DNA of 64,000 nt, taken from positions 222,076 through 286,075 of the forward strand of contig CBDEGZ010000003.1 in assembly GCA_965238175.1 (NCBI GenBank), read 5' to 3'. Source of the stretch: Gammaproteobacteria bacterium. GTDB lineage: Bacteria; Pseudomonadota; Gammaproteobacteria; CAJXQU01. The notes under the pieces were generated by a model that made no database searches, was not told where the DNA came from, and worked only from the letters and a program-made list of their open reading frames with translations. A program made the position numbers and the translations under genes. This document shows positions 10,399 to 19,700 of this stretch, one piece after another (within the stretch, counting starts at the first letter, position 1; every line of letters begins with the position of its first letter).

Positions 10399-10578
10399 GT
10401 GGACAATATTTTAACAAATGAGATAGAAACAGGATCTATTCCGCACCGTGTTACTAGTTATGTTAATGACACGCAAGATACAGAAAATAAGGGGCTCAGT
10501 CAATATCTGGGAGCTGTTACTATGGTTGGTTTATTAATGTGGGTTGTTTTTGCATATATTTTAATCAGCATTTTTTGA
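10399..10578 (+). CDS. Possible small (59-aa) tail-anchored membrane protein, unannotated in the ORF track
   Basis: GTG start 7 nt after AGGAG (10387-10391). Hydrophilic N-terminus and a single C-terminal TM helix (LGAVTMVGLLMWVVFAYILISIF). It lies in the long AT-rich leader of the EPS operon. Confidence 0.3.
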   Translation: MDNILTNEIETGSIPHRVTSYVNDTQDTENKGLSQYLGAVTMVGLLMWVVFAYILISIF

Positions 10579-10913
10579 TCTTTAAAATTATTTAAAATAC
10601 ACACAAACTTTTTTAATCATTTCTTCTCTTTCGCTATATATTTTTACCTGCGGTTATTAGTAATTATACTTATTTGTTTTTTACTTTTAACAAAAATATA
10701 CCTCCGTTAACAAAAAGAAACTCTCTCCTTTGATACAACTTGAATATACTCTCAGTAAGAAATGAGGTGTATTTATGCTTTATAATTTATTTGGTCAAGA
10801 TTTTGACGGTACTTGTTCGTTCGAGTATAGTCATTGATATTGGAAATTGAGAGAGTGCTTAATAAAGATAACATTAACAAAGAGATAGGGATGTTTAAGA
10901 ATGTCAGGGATGA

Positions 10914-11525
10914 GTGATGGATAGTTTAGAGATAGTAATAACAATTCTTCTCATGGGGCTTTTTATTTCAATATACTTGTTATGGTTGGAAAAAAAGAAC
11001 CGTCAACCTAACAAGCATTTTACCGTTGAATTCTTGAAGGCGGCGTCAATTCCTTCATTCCGAGATTCAATACTACCTATAAACAGTGAACTCTCGCGAG
11101 CTCGCCGTTTTGAAAAATCAGTCTCAGTTATTGTGATCAAATATAACTCGTTCGAAGAAAACCTTGAGCAAAAAAATACTCAAGCCGATGCTTCCATTGT
11201 CGCGAATATTTTTAGTCGTCATAAAAACAAAGAAATAAGTTGGGCGAACTTTTTACAGTGCGGTATCGCCGTGCGTGATGCTTTAAGAGATATAGATTTG
11301 ATTTGTTTTGCAGGAGCAAGTTATCAGTACGTCATAGTATTACCTGAAACAACAAGGGCAAATGCGGAGCTACTACATAAAAGATTGCTTGATATTGTTG
11401 GAAGTGATATTTCAAATCAATTTGATGTTGGAATCTCAGAGTTTCCAAATGATGGTTTGATTATCGATGATCTTGTTGGTAGTGCAACGGATTCCATCAA
11501 TGAGGAGTTTGTTGCACAGCATTAA
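10914..11525 (+). CDS. Membrane-anchored protein with degenerate GGDEF-like domain (GGDEF motif replaced, 'FAGASYQYVIV')
   Basis: N-terminal TM helix. The remainder aligns by eye to the GGDEF fold (VIVIKYNSFEE ~ DlDhFK region; 'DLICFAGASYQYVIVLPETT' in place of RxGGDEFxxll; 'FDVGISEFPNDGLIIDDLVGSATDSI' ~ the SiGia...AD.alY tail). It lacks catalytic residues, so it is a possible c-di-GMP receptor. Confidence 0.5.
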   Translation: MMDSLEIVITILLMGLFISIYLLWLEKKNRQPNKHFTVEFLKAASIPSFRDSILPINSELSRARRFEKSVSVIVIKYNSFEENLEQKNTQADASIVANIFSRHKNKEISWANFLQCGIAVRDALRDIDLICFAGASYQYVIVLPETTRANAELLHKRLLDIVGSDISNQFDVGISEFPNDGLIIDDLVGSATDSINEEFVAQH

Positions 11526-11622
11526 TTCAAGACTATAAGTTGATACTCAGTACAAATTAAAGACTGTTTACTAACCATGTTTATGGGGGGTCTTACAATA
11601 AATAAAAGAAACTAGGAGGTTT

Positions 11623-12345
11623 ATGCAAAAGGCGAACAATGATAGAACATTTGGGAGTTCTCTACGTGATCATTTAAAAATTAGAATATTTTATTCAGAA
11701 AGACAAAGGACGTATGATCTTTATACGTTTGATCCACCAAATTCTATAACGTATAGACAAGTCAAAAGGGTTCTGGATGTGCTGCTTAGTTCTTTGATTT
11801 TAATCGCGGTATTACCCATTTTTTTATTATGCATTCTTGCTATTAAACTTGACTCACCTGGGCCGATCTTTTTCTTTCAAGAAAGGACAGGGAAAGGTGG
11901 GCATAGATTCAAGATGTACAAATTCAGAACCATGTTAGAAAATGCAGTTGAATTGAAGCAAAAATATCTTCACCTAAATACGCTCACCTATCCAGATTTC
12001 AAAATCCCTAATGATCCTCGTATCACCCGATTAGGTCGATTTCTACGTAGGTCAAGTTTAGATGAGTTGCCACAATTGCTAAATGTAATTAAGGGGGATA
12101 TGAGCCTGGTGGGTCCCCGACCTACTTCATTTAGTTCCGATACTTATGATTTGTGGCAGACCGCGCGGTTGGGAGTTACGCCAGGGATCACTGGATTATG
12201 GCAAATCTCAGGCCGAGCAAATGTCGATTTTGATGAGCGTAATCGTCTGGATATTGAATACATTAGGGATCAATCGTTCTGGTATGACACAAGAATTCTT
12301 TTTAAAACCTTTTCCAGGGTGATGGATAGAGATGGAGCAACTTGA
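11623..12345 (+). CDS. Priming sugar transferase (bacterial sugar transferase family, PglC/WbaP C-terminal type)
   Basis: AGGAGG RBS. One TM helix, then '[27 protein letters not shown] ... [21 protein letters not shown]', the conserved undecaprenyl-phosphate hexose-1-P transferase core. Confidence 0.85.
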   Translation: MQKANNDRTFGSSLRDHLKIRIFYSERQRTYDLYTFDPPNSITYRQVKRVLDVLLSSLILIAVLPIFLLCILAIKLDSPGPIFFFQERTGKGGHRFKMYKFRTMLENAVELKQKYLHLNTLTYPDFKIPNDPRITRLGRFLRRSSLDELPQLLNVIKGDMSLVGPRPTSFSSDTYDLWQTARLGVTPGITGLWQISGRANVDFDERNRLDIEYIRDQSFWYDTRILFKTFSRVMDRDGAT

Positions 12346-13496
12346 TGATTATCTTGACGGTCTCTTTCTGGATATCAATCATAATAATTTTTTACACATA
12401 TATTGGATTTCCGCTTCTATTAACCATTGTTGGCTACATAAAAAATCGTAGTGTGTCTAAAGCACCGATTCAGCCTTCGGTAAGTCTCATAATTGCCGCA
12501 TATAATGAAGCGGCTGGGATCTCGAAAAAACTGGAAAATTCACTAAATCTGGATTATCCGTCTGACAAGCTGGAAATAATTGTTGCTTCAGATGGATCAA
12601 GTGATGAGACAGATAATATTGTTAGAAGTTATGCTGAAAAAGGGATCAAACTAATGAGTTTCCCTAGGCGCGGTAAAATATTCGCGCTGAATGATGCGGT
12701 GTCCCGATGCACAGGGGAAATTCTGGTGTTTTCCGATGCAAACACACAATATCATCCTGAATCAATTAAGAAACTTGTTGCAAACTTTACCGATCCTGAG
12801 GTTGGAGGTGTCTGTGGCAACCAGGTACACACAGATAAACTCGAGAATGACAATACTGCCAGTGGCGAAAAATTATACTGGAGTTATGACAAATGGCTAA
12901 AAAGAATGGAAACACTGACAGGCAGTATAGTGTCTGCTGATGGTGCTATCTATTCGATTCGGCGCGCTCTTTTTCGGTTACCAGAATCGACAGCCGTGAC
13001 GGATGATTTTGCAATATCGACGGGTGTAATTGATCAGGGATACCGTTTAGTTTTTGAAAGTGAAGCACTTGCAGCGGAAGATGCAGCGCCTGAAGCTAAA
13101 AAAGAATTTGGACGCAAAGTCAGGATAATGAATCGTGGATTACGAGGTGTATATTTACGTAAAAACCTATTAAACCCCTTTAATTATGGCTTTTACTCTG
13201 TGATCTTGTTTTCGCATAAGTTATTACGCCGGTTAGTACCTTTATTTCTGTTTAACCTGATCATAATGAGTATTTTATTGAGCGGTGAAAGTATTTTCTT
13301 TTTTAGTTTTATGATTGCTCAAATAGTTTTTTATGTCTGGGCAGGAATAAGTTACAAGTTGAGGGATACTAAGCTTGGGCAGCATAAAATATTTTACATT
13401 CCCTTTTTCTATTGCCTTGCAAATGCGGCTTCACTGGTTGCTATTTTTAAGCTACTTAGTGGGACTAAAATTGAAAGATGGCAACCACAACGATAA
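12342..13496 (+). CDS. Family-2 glycosyltransferase with C-terminal TM segments
   Basis: 'VSLIIAAYNEA...IIVASDGSSDETD' (GT-A DxD region). Multiple C-terminal TM helices. Start overlaps the preceding gene. Confidence 0.85.
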   Translation: MMIILTVSFWISIIIIFYTYIGFPLLLTIVGYIKNRSVSKAPIQPSVSLIIAAYNEAAGISKKLENSLNLDYPSDKLEIIVASDGSSDETDNIVRSYAEKGIKLMSFPRRGKIFALNDAVSRCTGEILVFSDANTQYHPESIKKLVANFTDPEVGGVCGNQVHTDKLENDNTASGEKLYWSYDKWLKRMETLTGSIVSADGAIYSIRRALFRLPESTAVTDDFAISTGVIDQGYRLVFESEALAAEDAAPEAKKEFGRKVRIMNRGLRGVYLRKNLLNPFNYGFYSVILFSHKLLRRLVPLFLFNLIIMSILLSGESIFFFSFMIAQIVFYVWAGISYKLRDTKLGQHKIFYIPFFYCLANAASLVAIFKLLSGTKIERWQPQR

Positions 13497-13570
13497 TAAT
13501 TTATTGAATGATATAAAAATCTCCCTGTTGTCAGTAACTTATGTTTCTGCGAAATTCACTTGGGTATTGA

Positions 13571-15124
13571 ATGACAGTCTCACCTAGTAATCTACCAACA
13601 AACTCTGAAGATACAAATCCTGTCACAACTCGCAAACAAATAAGGGGTTCGGGATTATTACTTGCTGGGCGATGTGTATCGTTAGTACTTAATTTTATAA
13701 CACAAGTGCTTATCGTACGTTATCTATCAAAATCTGATTATGGATCCTGGGCGTATTGTCTGTCTTTGATTGTTTTATTCCAAGCATTCTCATCTTTGGG
13801 TCTTAAACGATCAATTACGCGTTTTTTACCTATTTATCATGAGCAAAAAGATTACGGAAAGATGTTTGGGACGATCGCTCTGGTAATTATGTCGATCTTG
13901 ATCATGGGTGTTGTATTTATTGGGAGCATTCATTTAGCTCCAGAAGTGATTTCGCAGTTGATAAAAGATAATAGCGAGGTATTGAAAATACTGTTAGTTA
14001 TGATTTTTATCGTTCCAGTCCAGGCAGTTGATGGAATAATAATTGGTATTTTCGCAAGTTTTTCAAAGTCTCGATCAATATTTTTCCGACGCTACGTGCT
14101 AACGCCAGTTCTAAAATTACTGGTTGTGTTTGGACTGCTGTATTTTGAGGGTAGCGTAGTATTTCTCGCTTTAGGGTATGTCGCCGTCAGTGTGGTGGGC
14201 ATTTTAATTTTCATAAAAATGTTGATGCGTTTATTACGTCAGGAAGGTTTGATCCAATATTCGAGCTTTAAAAATTTGGACATACCCGCAAAAATTATTT
14301 TTGCTTTTTCACTTCCACTTCTAACAACTGATTTGGTGCAAGTTGTAATGCATTCTAGCAACACATTGATGTTGGGCTACTTCTATAGTGCTGAAGAGGT
14401 TGCTTTGTACAGGGTTATTATTCCCCTCGCACACGTAAATACGATAGTCTTTGCGAGTTTTGGACTGCTATACACACCAATGGCAGCAAGGTTATTTGCC
14501 CGGAATGATTATTCAGGTATTAGTAAAAACTATTGGCAAACAGCAGTTTGGTTGGCTGTACTTTCATTTCCCGTGTTTGCATTAACATTTATATCGGCGA
14601 AACCATTAACGTTGTTACTCTATGGAGATCGTTATGCGGAATCTTGGATATACCTACAAATAATGGTGGGTGCATATTATTTCCATGTGTTACTAGGTTT
14701 TAATTCATTGACTCTTGCTGTGCTAGGGAAGGTGCGCTACGTAGTAGTAATCAATATTATAGCTCTTATTATTAACTTAATACTTAATTATATTTTTATT
14801 ACAAGATATGGTGCTTTAGGAGCGGCGATAGGAACATGCGCGAGTATGGTTTGTCATAATTTGCTCAATCAACTTGGCTTGTTCTACGCTGGAGTTGAAG
14901 TATTTGACAGGCAGTATCTATCATTATATTTGGAAATCTTCGTGACTATTTTCATGCTTTTTATAATCCAGTTTTACATTTCAGATAGCATTTATGTTCT
15001 GATCCCTTTAATAATTGTAGCTTCATTAGTTATCGTTAGAAGGAGTGCTTATCAATTAAATATTGAAGATACATTTCCTGAATTAATGAAAGTTCCTGTT
15101 ATTAGTTTGTTATTGAAAAGGTAG
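13571..15124 (+). CDS. Polysaccharide biosynthesis protein / Wzx-like oligosaccharide flippase (MOP superfamily)
   Basis: 517 aa with ~12-14 TM helices. Architecture of Wzx/RfbX-type flippases, in EPS context. Confidence 0.75.
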   Translation: MTVSPSNLPTNSEDTNPVTTRKQIRGSGLLLAGRCVSLVLNFITQVLIVRYLSKSDYGSWAYCLSLIVLFQAFSSLGLKRSITRFLPIYHEQKDYGKMFGTIALVIMSILIMGVVFIGSIHLAPEVISQLIKDNSEVLKILLVMIFIVPVQAVDGIIIGIFASFSKSRSIFFRRYVLTPVLKLLVVFGLLYFEGSVVFLALGYVAVSVVGILIFIKMLMRLLRQEGLIQYSSFKNLDIPAKIIFAFSLPLLTTDLVQVVMHSSNTLMLGYFYSAEEVALYRVIIPLAHVNTIVFASFGLLYTPMAARLFARNDYSGISKNYWQTAVWLAVLSFPVFALTFISAKPLTLLLYGDRYAESWIYLQIMVGAYYFHVLLGFNSLTLAVLGKVRYVVVINIIALIINLILNYIFITRYGALGAAIGTCASMVCHNLLNQLGLFYAGVEVFDRQYLSLYLEIFVTIFMLFIIQFYISDSIYVLIPLIIVASLVIVRRSAYQLNIEDTFPELMKVPVISLLLKR

Positions 15125-15231
15125 TGTTTTCTGGTTTCATAACCGGCGGATTCTCTTCGACATTCCGATGATCCCATTCGACAAGCTTCGTTATTATGTT
15201 CTATACCGAAGGAATTTCAGTAACTGAATGT

Positions 15232-15262
15232 CTAATTGTGTCTCCTTGGGAGACACAATTAG
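15232..15262 (+). promoter_or_regulatory. Perfect 14-bp-stem palindrome (ctaattgtgtctcc-ttg-ggagacacaattag) downstream of the flippase gene
   Basis: Seen directly in the sequence. No U-tract follows, so a protein-binding site or attenuator is as likely as a terminator. Confidence 0.35.
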
Positions 15263-15700
15263 ACTAAATAACAGCTTTCAATAAGCATATATTTTTTATC
15301 TTATTGATTTATATTATAAAATAAACTGGCGTAAACTATGCTATGTATCTAAATAATGACAATGCTGTGTTGGTGTATTACAAAAAATAATGGTTGTAGT
15401 CTAGTTATCTGACTTGTTTTAGACAGGCGCTATGATTCAGAGAAAATTAGTCAGCAACATCATTTGGTTTTAAGAATTAAAATCAACTTTTACTAACTTG
15501 CTATCGAAAAACGAATAAGTTAAATAATGAAATTATCTGAGTAACATTTATTAAGATCACTGGCGATTATCTTTCTTGCATACTAGTATTAAGAGAGGTA
15601 ACCAGTAAGTCATTAAGCTGACAATAACTAACAATAAATATTTTCTATAGAAATATTTCAGAAACATGATTTCAAGTAGAAAAAAATAGGGAAATCTTTC

Positions 15701-16702
15701 ATGTCTAGACGTTTATTAATGTTTTTCACACTTTGTTTCGTCGTTCTTAATTTGTCGATTCCAACGAGTATTGCAAAAGGTCCACTTTCCGGGAAAATTT
15801 ATGCAATCGAGGTAGATGGCACGTTTGCTTATATGGGTGCTGGAGAAGAATTGGTTGTTTTTGATGTAACCAACCCCATCAAACCTATTCAGATCGCTAG
15901 TTTAGGGTTATTGGGTGATTCGGTTCAAGACATTCAAATAGTTGGAGATCTTGCTTTTATCGCGACGGGAACAGCAGGATTACATATTATCAATGTTGTA
16001 GATCCGTATCAGCCAGCGAAGGTCAGTAGGCTTGAAACACCAGGCCAGGCCAGTGGTGTCTATGTGGTTGATGGTTATGCTTATCTTGCAGCGGGTTCTG
16101 GTCTTATCATACTGGATGTAAGCGATCCTGAAAAACCGGCTCCTGTCGCATTTTCTGAGACGCTTGGTTGGGATAGTGATGTAATCGTTGCGAAAGGTTA
16201 TGCCTATGTCGCATCTGGTGAAGAAGGCGTTCGGGTTGTAGATGTTAGCAATCCACATGCGCCGACAATTATTGGTTCAATTGATACCCCTAACGATGCA
16301 AATGGCATTTTTGCAGAAAGTGATCTTCTCTTTATTGCTGCAGGATCCGGTGGGTTACAGATCGTAAATATCAGTGATCCATCTAATCCAAAAGAAGTCA
16401 GTGTTGAAGATACGGGTTATGCACGACAAGTCATAGTCAGTTCTGGTTATGCCTATATTGCTTCAGAAAGGAAGGGCTTATGCACAGTAGATATTTCCAG
16501 TCCGACAAGACCAGAGCTTATCAAACGTTACCCTGCTGAAGGTTCGGCTAATAGCATTGATGTAGAGGATGGTTACATTTTCACAGCAGATGGCATTGGT
16601 GGTCTACTGGTTATAAATGGTTTCATGAATCATTCGAGTATATCAGATAGTCAATATTCTCCCGCGCCTGATTCCGTGAGAAGTTTCACACCTAAGAAAT
16701 GA
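15701..16702 (+). CDS. Secreted LVIVD-repeat beta-propeller protein
   Basis: Signal peptide. ~8 repeats of the 'GYAYVA.G..GL.IVDVSDP..P' LVIVD-type motif. Confidence 0.8.
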   Translation: MSRRLLMFFTLCFVVLNLSIPTSIAKGPLSGKIYAIEVDGTFAYMGAGEELVVFDVTNPIKPIQIASLGLLGDSVQDIQIVGDLAFIATGTAGLHIINVVDPYQPAKVSRLETPGQASGVYVVDGYAYLAAGSGLIILDVSDPEKPAPVAFSETLGWDSDVIVAKGYAYVASGEEGVRVVDVSNPHAPTIIGSIDTPNDANGIFAESDLLFIAAGSGGLQIVNISDPSNPKEVSVEDTGYARQVIVSSGYAYIASERKGLCTVDISSPTRPELIKRYPAEGSANSIDVEDGYIFTADGIGGLLVINGFMNHSSISDSQYSPAPDSVRSFTPKK

Positions 16703-16758
16703 TTTCACTTATAAATAATAAACATACAACAATTAAAAAAAGTAGATGGGAAATTGAT

Positions 16759-19700
16759 ATGAGAAGGATGCTTGCGTCACCCCTAAGAAGACTGCAATTG
16801 AGTCTTAAACATAAACGACTTAATAACCTCATGATCATTATTTTTATGATGATGTTTGGTTTGTCTATCGTGAAAGCTGCTACGCCGCTTTCTGAGGCAG
16901 GTTACAGAGGTTTTTCCTATCCGACAGCGCTTAGCCAACCAACAGGTGAAAAGCCCGAGAGTAAATTGTGGTTCAACGATGGTTTTTGGTGGGGCATTCT
17001 TTGGAGCACTTCTGGCGGAGCGCATCATATACATAGACTGGATGAGAACACACAAGACTGGATAGATACTGGCGTATCAGTTGATGATCGTGATGACTCA
17101 AAGTCAGACACTCTGTGGGATGGAAACAATCAAAAACTCTATGTTGTCTCACACCGATTCATCAGTAATGCAGGGCAATCAGCGACTTCAGGTAACCGCG
17201 GTGAATTGTACCGTTATAGCTACAGTGCTGGATCAAATTCTTACAGCTTGGATAGTGGTTTCCCAGTTGAAGTTAATGCAGCAAGAACTGAGACATTAGT
17301 TATAGAAAAGGATTCGAATGATCGCCTATGGGTCACATATACTCGAGATCAGACTGTCTATCTAAACCATAGTGGTTCCAGCGATACTGATTGGGATCCT
17401 ACGAATAGACCATTTATTCTACCTACTGGAGATAATACGGTAGATATCGGTGCTGATGACAACTGCTCGATTGCAACTTTTAACAACAACATTGGTGTCA
17501 TGTGGAGCAACCAATCAGATGACAAAATGTATTTTTCTGCTCATCCAGATAGCGCTAGTCCAACTACAGGTTGGTCGAGTGGTGTTGTGGTATTCGAAGG
17601 TGCTGGAAACAGGTCAGCAGACGATCACATTAACTTGGCCTCTCTTGATGGTGATCCGGCCGGTGAAGTTTTTGCCGTTACTAAAACCTCGGAATCAAAT
17701 GCTCGAAATATGCTGTTAGTCTGTGACAGCGGTTGTACTTCAAGTAGTGATTGGACAGCATACACAGCTTATCAAGAGGGTGGCAGTGTGGGAAATCCCA
17801 CACGTCCAGCGGTTGTTATTGATACCAGTAATCGCCAGTTATATGTTTTCACAAGTGTGAGTGATAGTGGTCGAGATATATATTACAAAGTAACCGATCT
17901 GGATAATATCCAGTTTAATGCCTCAAGTTTAGGTAGCCCGCTTATAAAAGATTCCTCGAACTCCCCAAATAATGTTACGTCCACTAAGCAGAATTTGAAT
18001 AGTTCAACGGGATTGGCAGCTCTTTCTGCAACTGGCAGTCGATATTTACACAACCAATTTCCACTGAGCGCTAGCCCTAGTCCCGACATAACCGTAACGC
18101 CGATATCACGTAACTACGGAGACGTTGTAGTGAACGGTGTAGGTTCATTCAACTTTATAGTTAGTAACGATGGAACAACCACATTGAATGTGAGCAGCAC
18201 AAGCCTTCTTGGAAGTGATTCCGATCAGTTCAACATCGATAGTGGTAACGGTTCTTTTAGCCTGAACCAAGGGCAGAGTCAGACTGTGAGCTTGAGCTTT
18301 AACCCGACCACTGTTGGTAACAAGAGCGCAACTTTACGAATAGCGAGTAACGATCCGAACGAAGATCCCTTTGATGTAAGCCTAACCGGAAATGGTGTGA
18401 TAAGCGCTCCAGATATAACGGTCACTCCGAGCGCCAATGATTATGGAGACATTGAGGTTGGTAACACAGTTTCTTTTAACGTTGAGATCAGAAATGACGG
18501 CAGCGAAAACCTGAACGTATCGGCCCTGTCCTTGGCTGGCAGTAATCCGGGTGAATTTAGTATAGACAGCGGACAAAGTGGCAGCACTTTAGCTCCAGGT
18601 CAAAGCCAGGTAGCTGCTGTGAGTTTCAACCCTAGTTCCCTAGGGGATAAGAGCGCAATTTTAAGCATTCCTAGCAATGATCCAGATGAAAATCCGAGCA
18701 ATGTGGATTTGAGCGGCAGAGGTATATCGCCTGGAATGGGCGGCGGCACTCTAACACTTTCCCCTAGTGACGACGCACGTGTGAGCTTGGGATTTCCCAG
18801 AAGTAATTACGGCTCAGACACAGTAATAAGAATACGAGGAGCAGGCACAAGCTCTCATGAAAGTTACCTGAAATTTAACGTGGCCGGACTTACAGGTACA
18901 CCGACATCGGCCAAATTACGTCTTTTCGTAACCGATGGAAGTCCTGATGGTGGTGATGTCTACATAGTTGGCAACAGCTGGGATGAATCCACGATCACAG
19001 CGGGTAATGCACCAGCGATTAGTGGCAGCCCAATTGCTAGTGCGGGTTCAGTTATTAATGGAATCTGGATAGAGATCGATATAACTTCTGAGATTACAGG
19101 CAATGGAACTTATAGTTTTGGTATGCGGAGTAATAGCTCGAATAGTGCTCGTTACAGTTCAAAAGAAGGTGCTAATCCGCCAGAACTGGTGATCGAACAA
19201 TCCGGTACAAGTGGTTCTGTTACACCGACACTCAGTAAGAGTTTCAACCCAATAACCATCACAAGCGGAGGTATATCGACACTGACCTTGACGATCAATA
19301 ACAACGGAAATAGCGTTGCCCTGACAGGTTTAAGTGTCAGTGATAACTATCCTGCGGCGATCACAAATGCGGCTTCAGCGAATGCCAGTAGCACCTGTAG
19401 CGGTGGTACTCTGAATGCGGCAAACGGCGGTAGCAGTATTAGCTATACCGGAGGAAGCGTTGCGGCAGGGTCGAGTTGTACGATAAGTGTGAATGTGACC
19501 AGCAACACTGTAGGCCAACACCTTAATACTAGCGGCGTGGTCAGCAGTACTGAAGCACCGGACAGTGCAACAGCGAGTGCCACATTAACTGTGAATAGTG
19601 AAGTTGTAGCACCAACACTGAGCAAGAGTTTTAACCCAACCTCCATCACAAGCGGAGGTATATCGACACTGACCTTGACGATCAATAACAACGGAAATAG

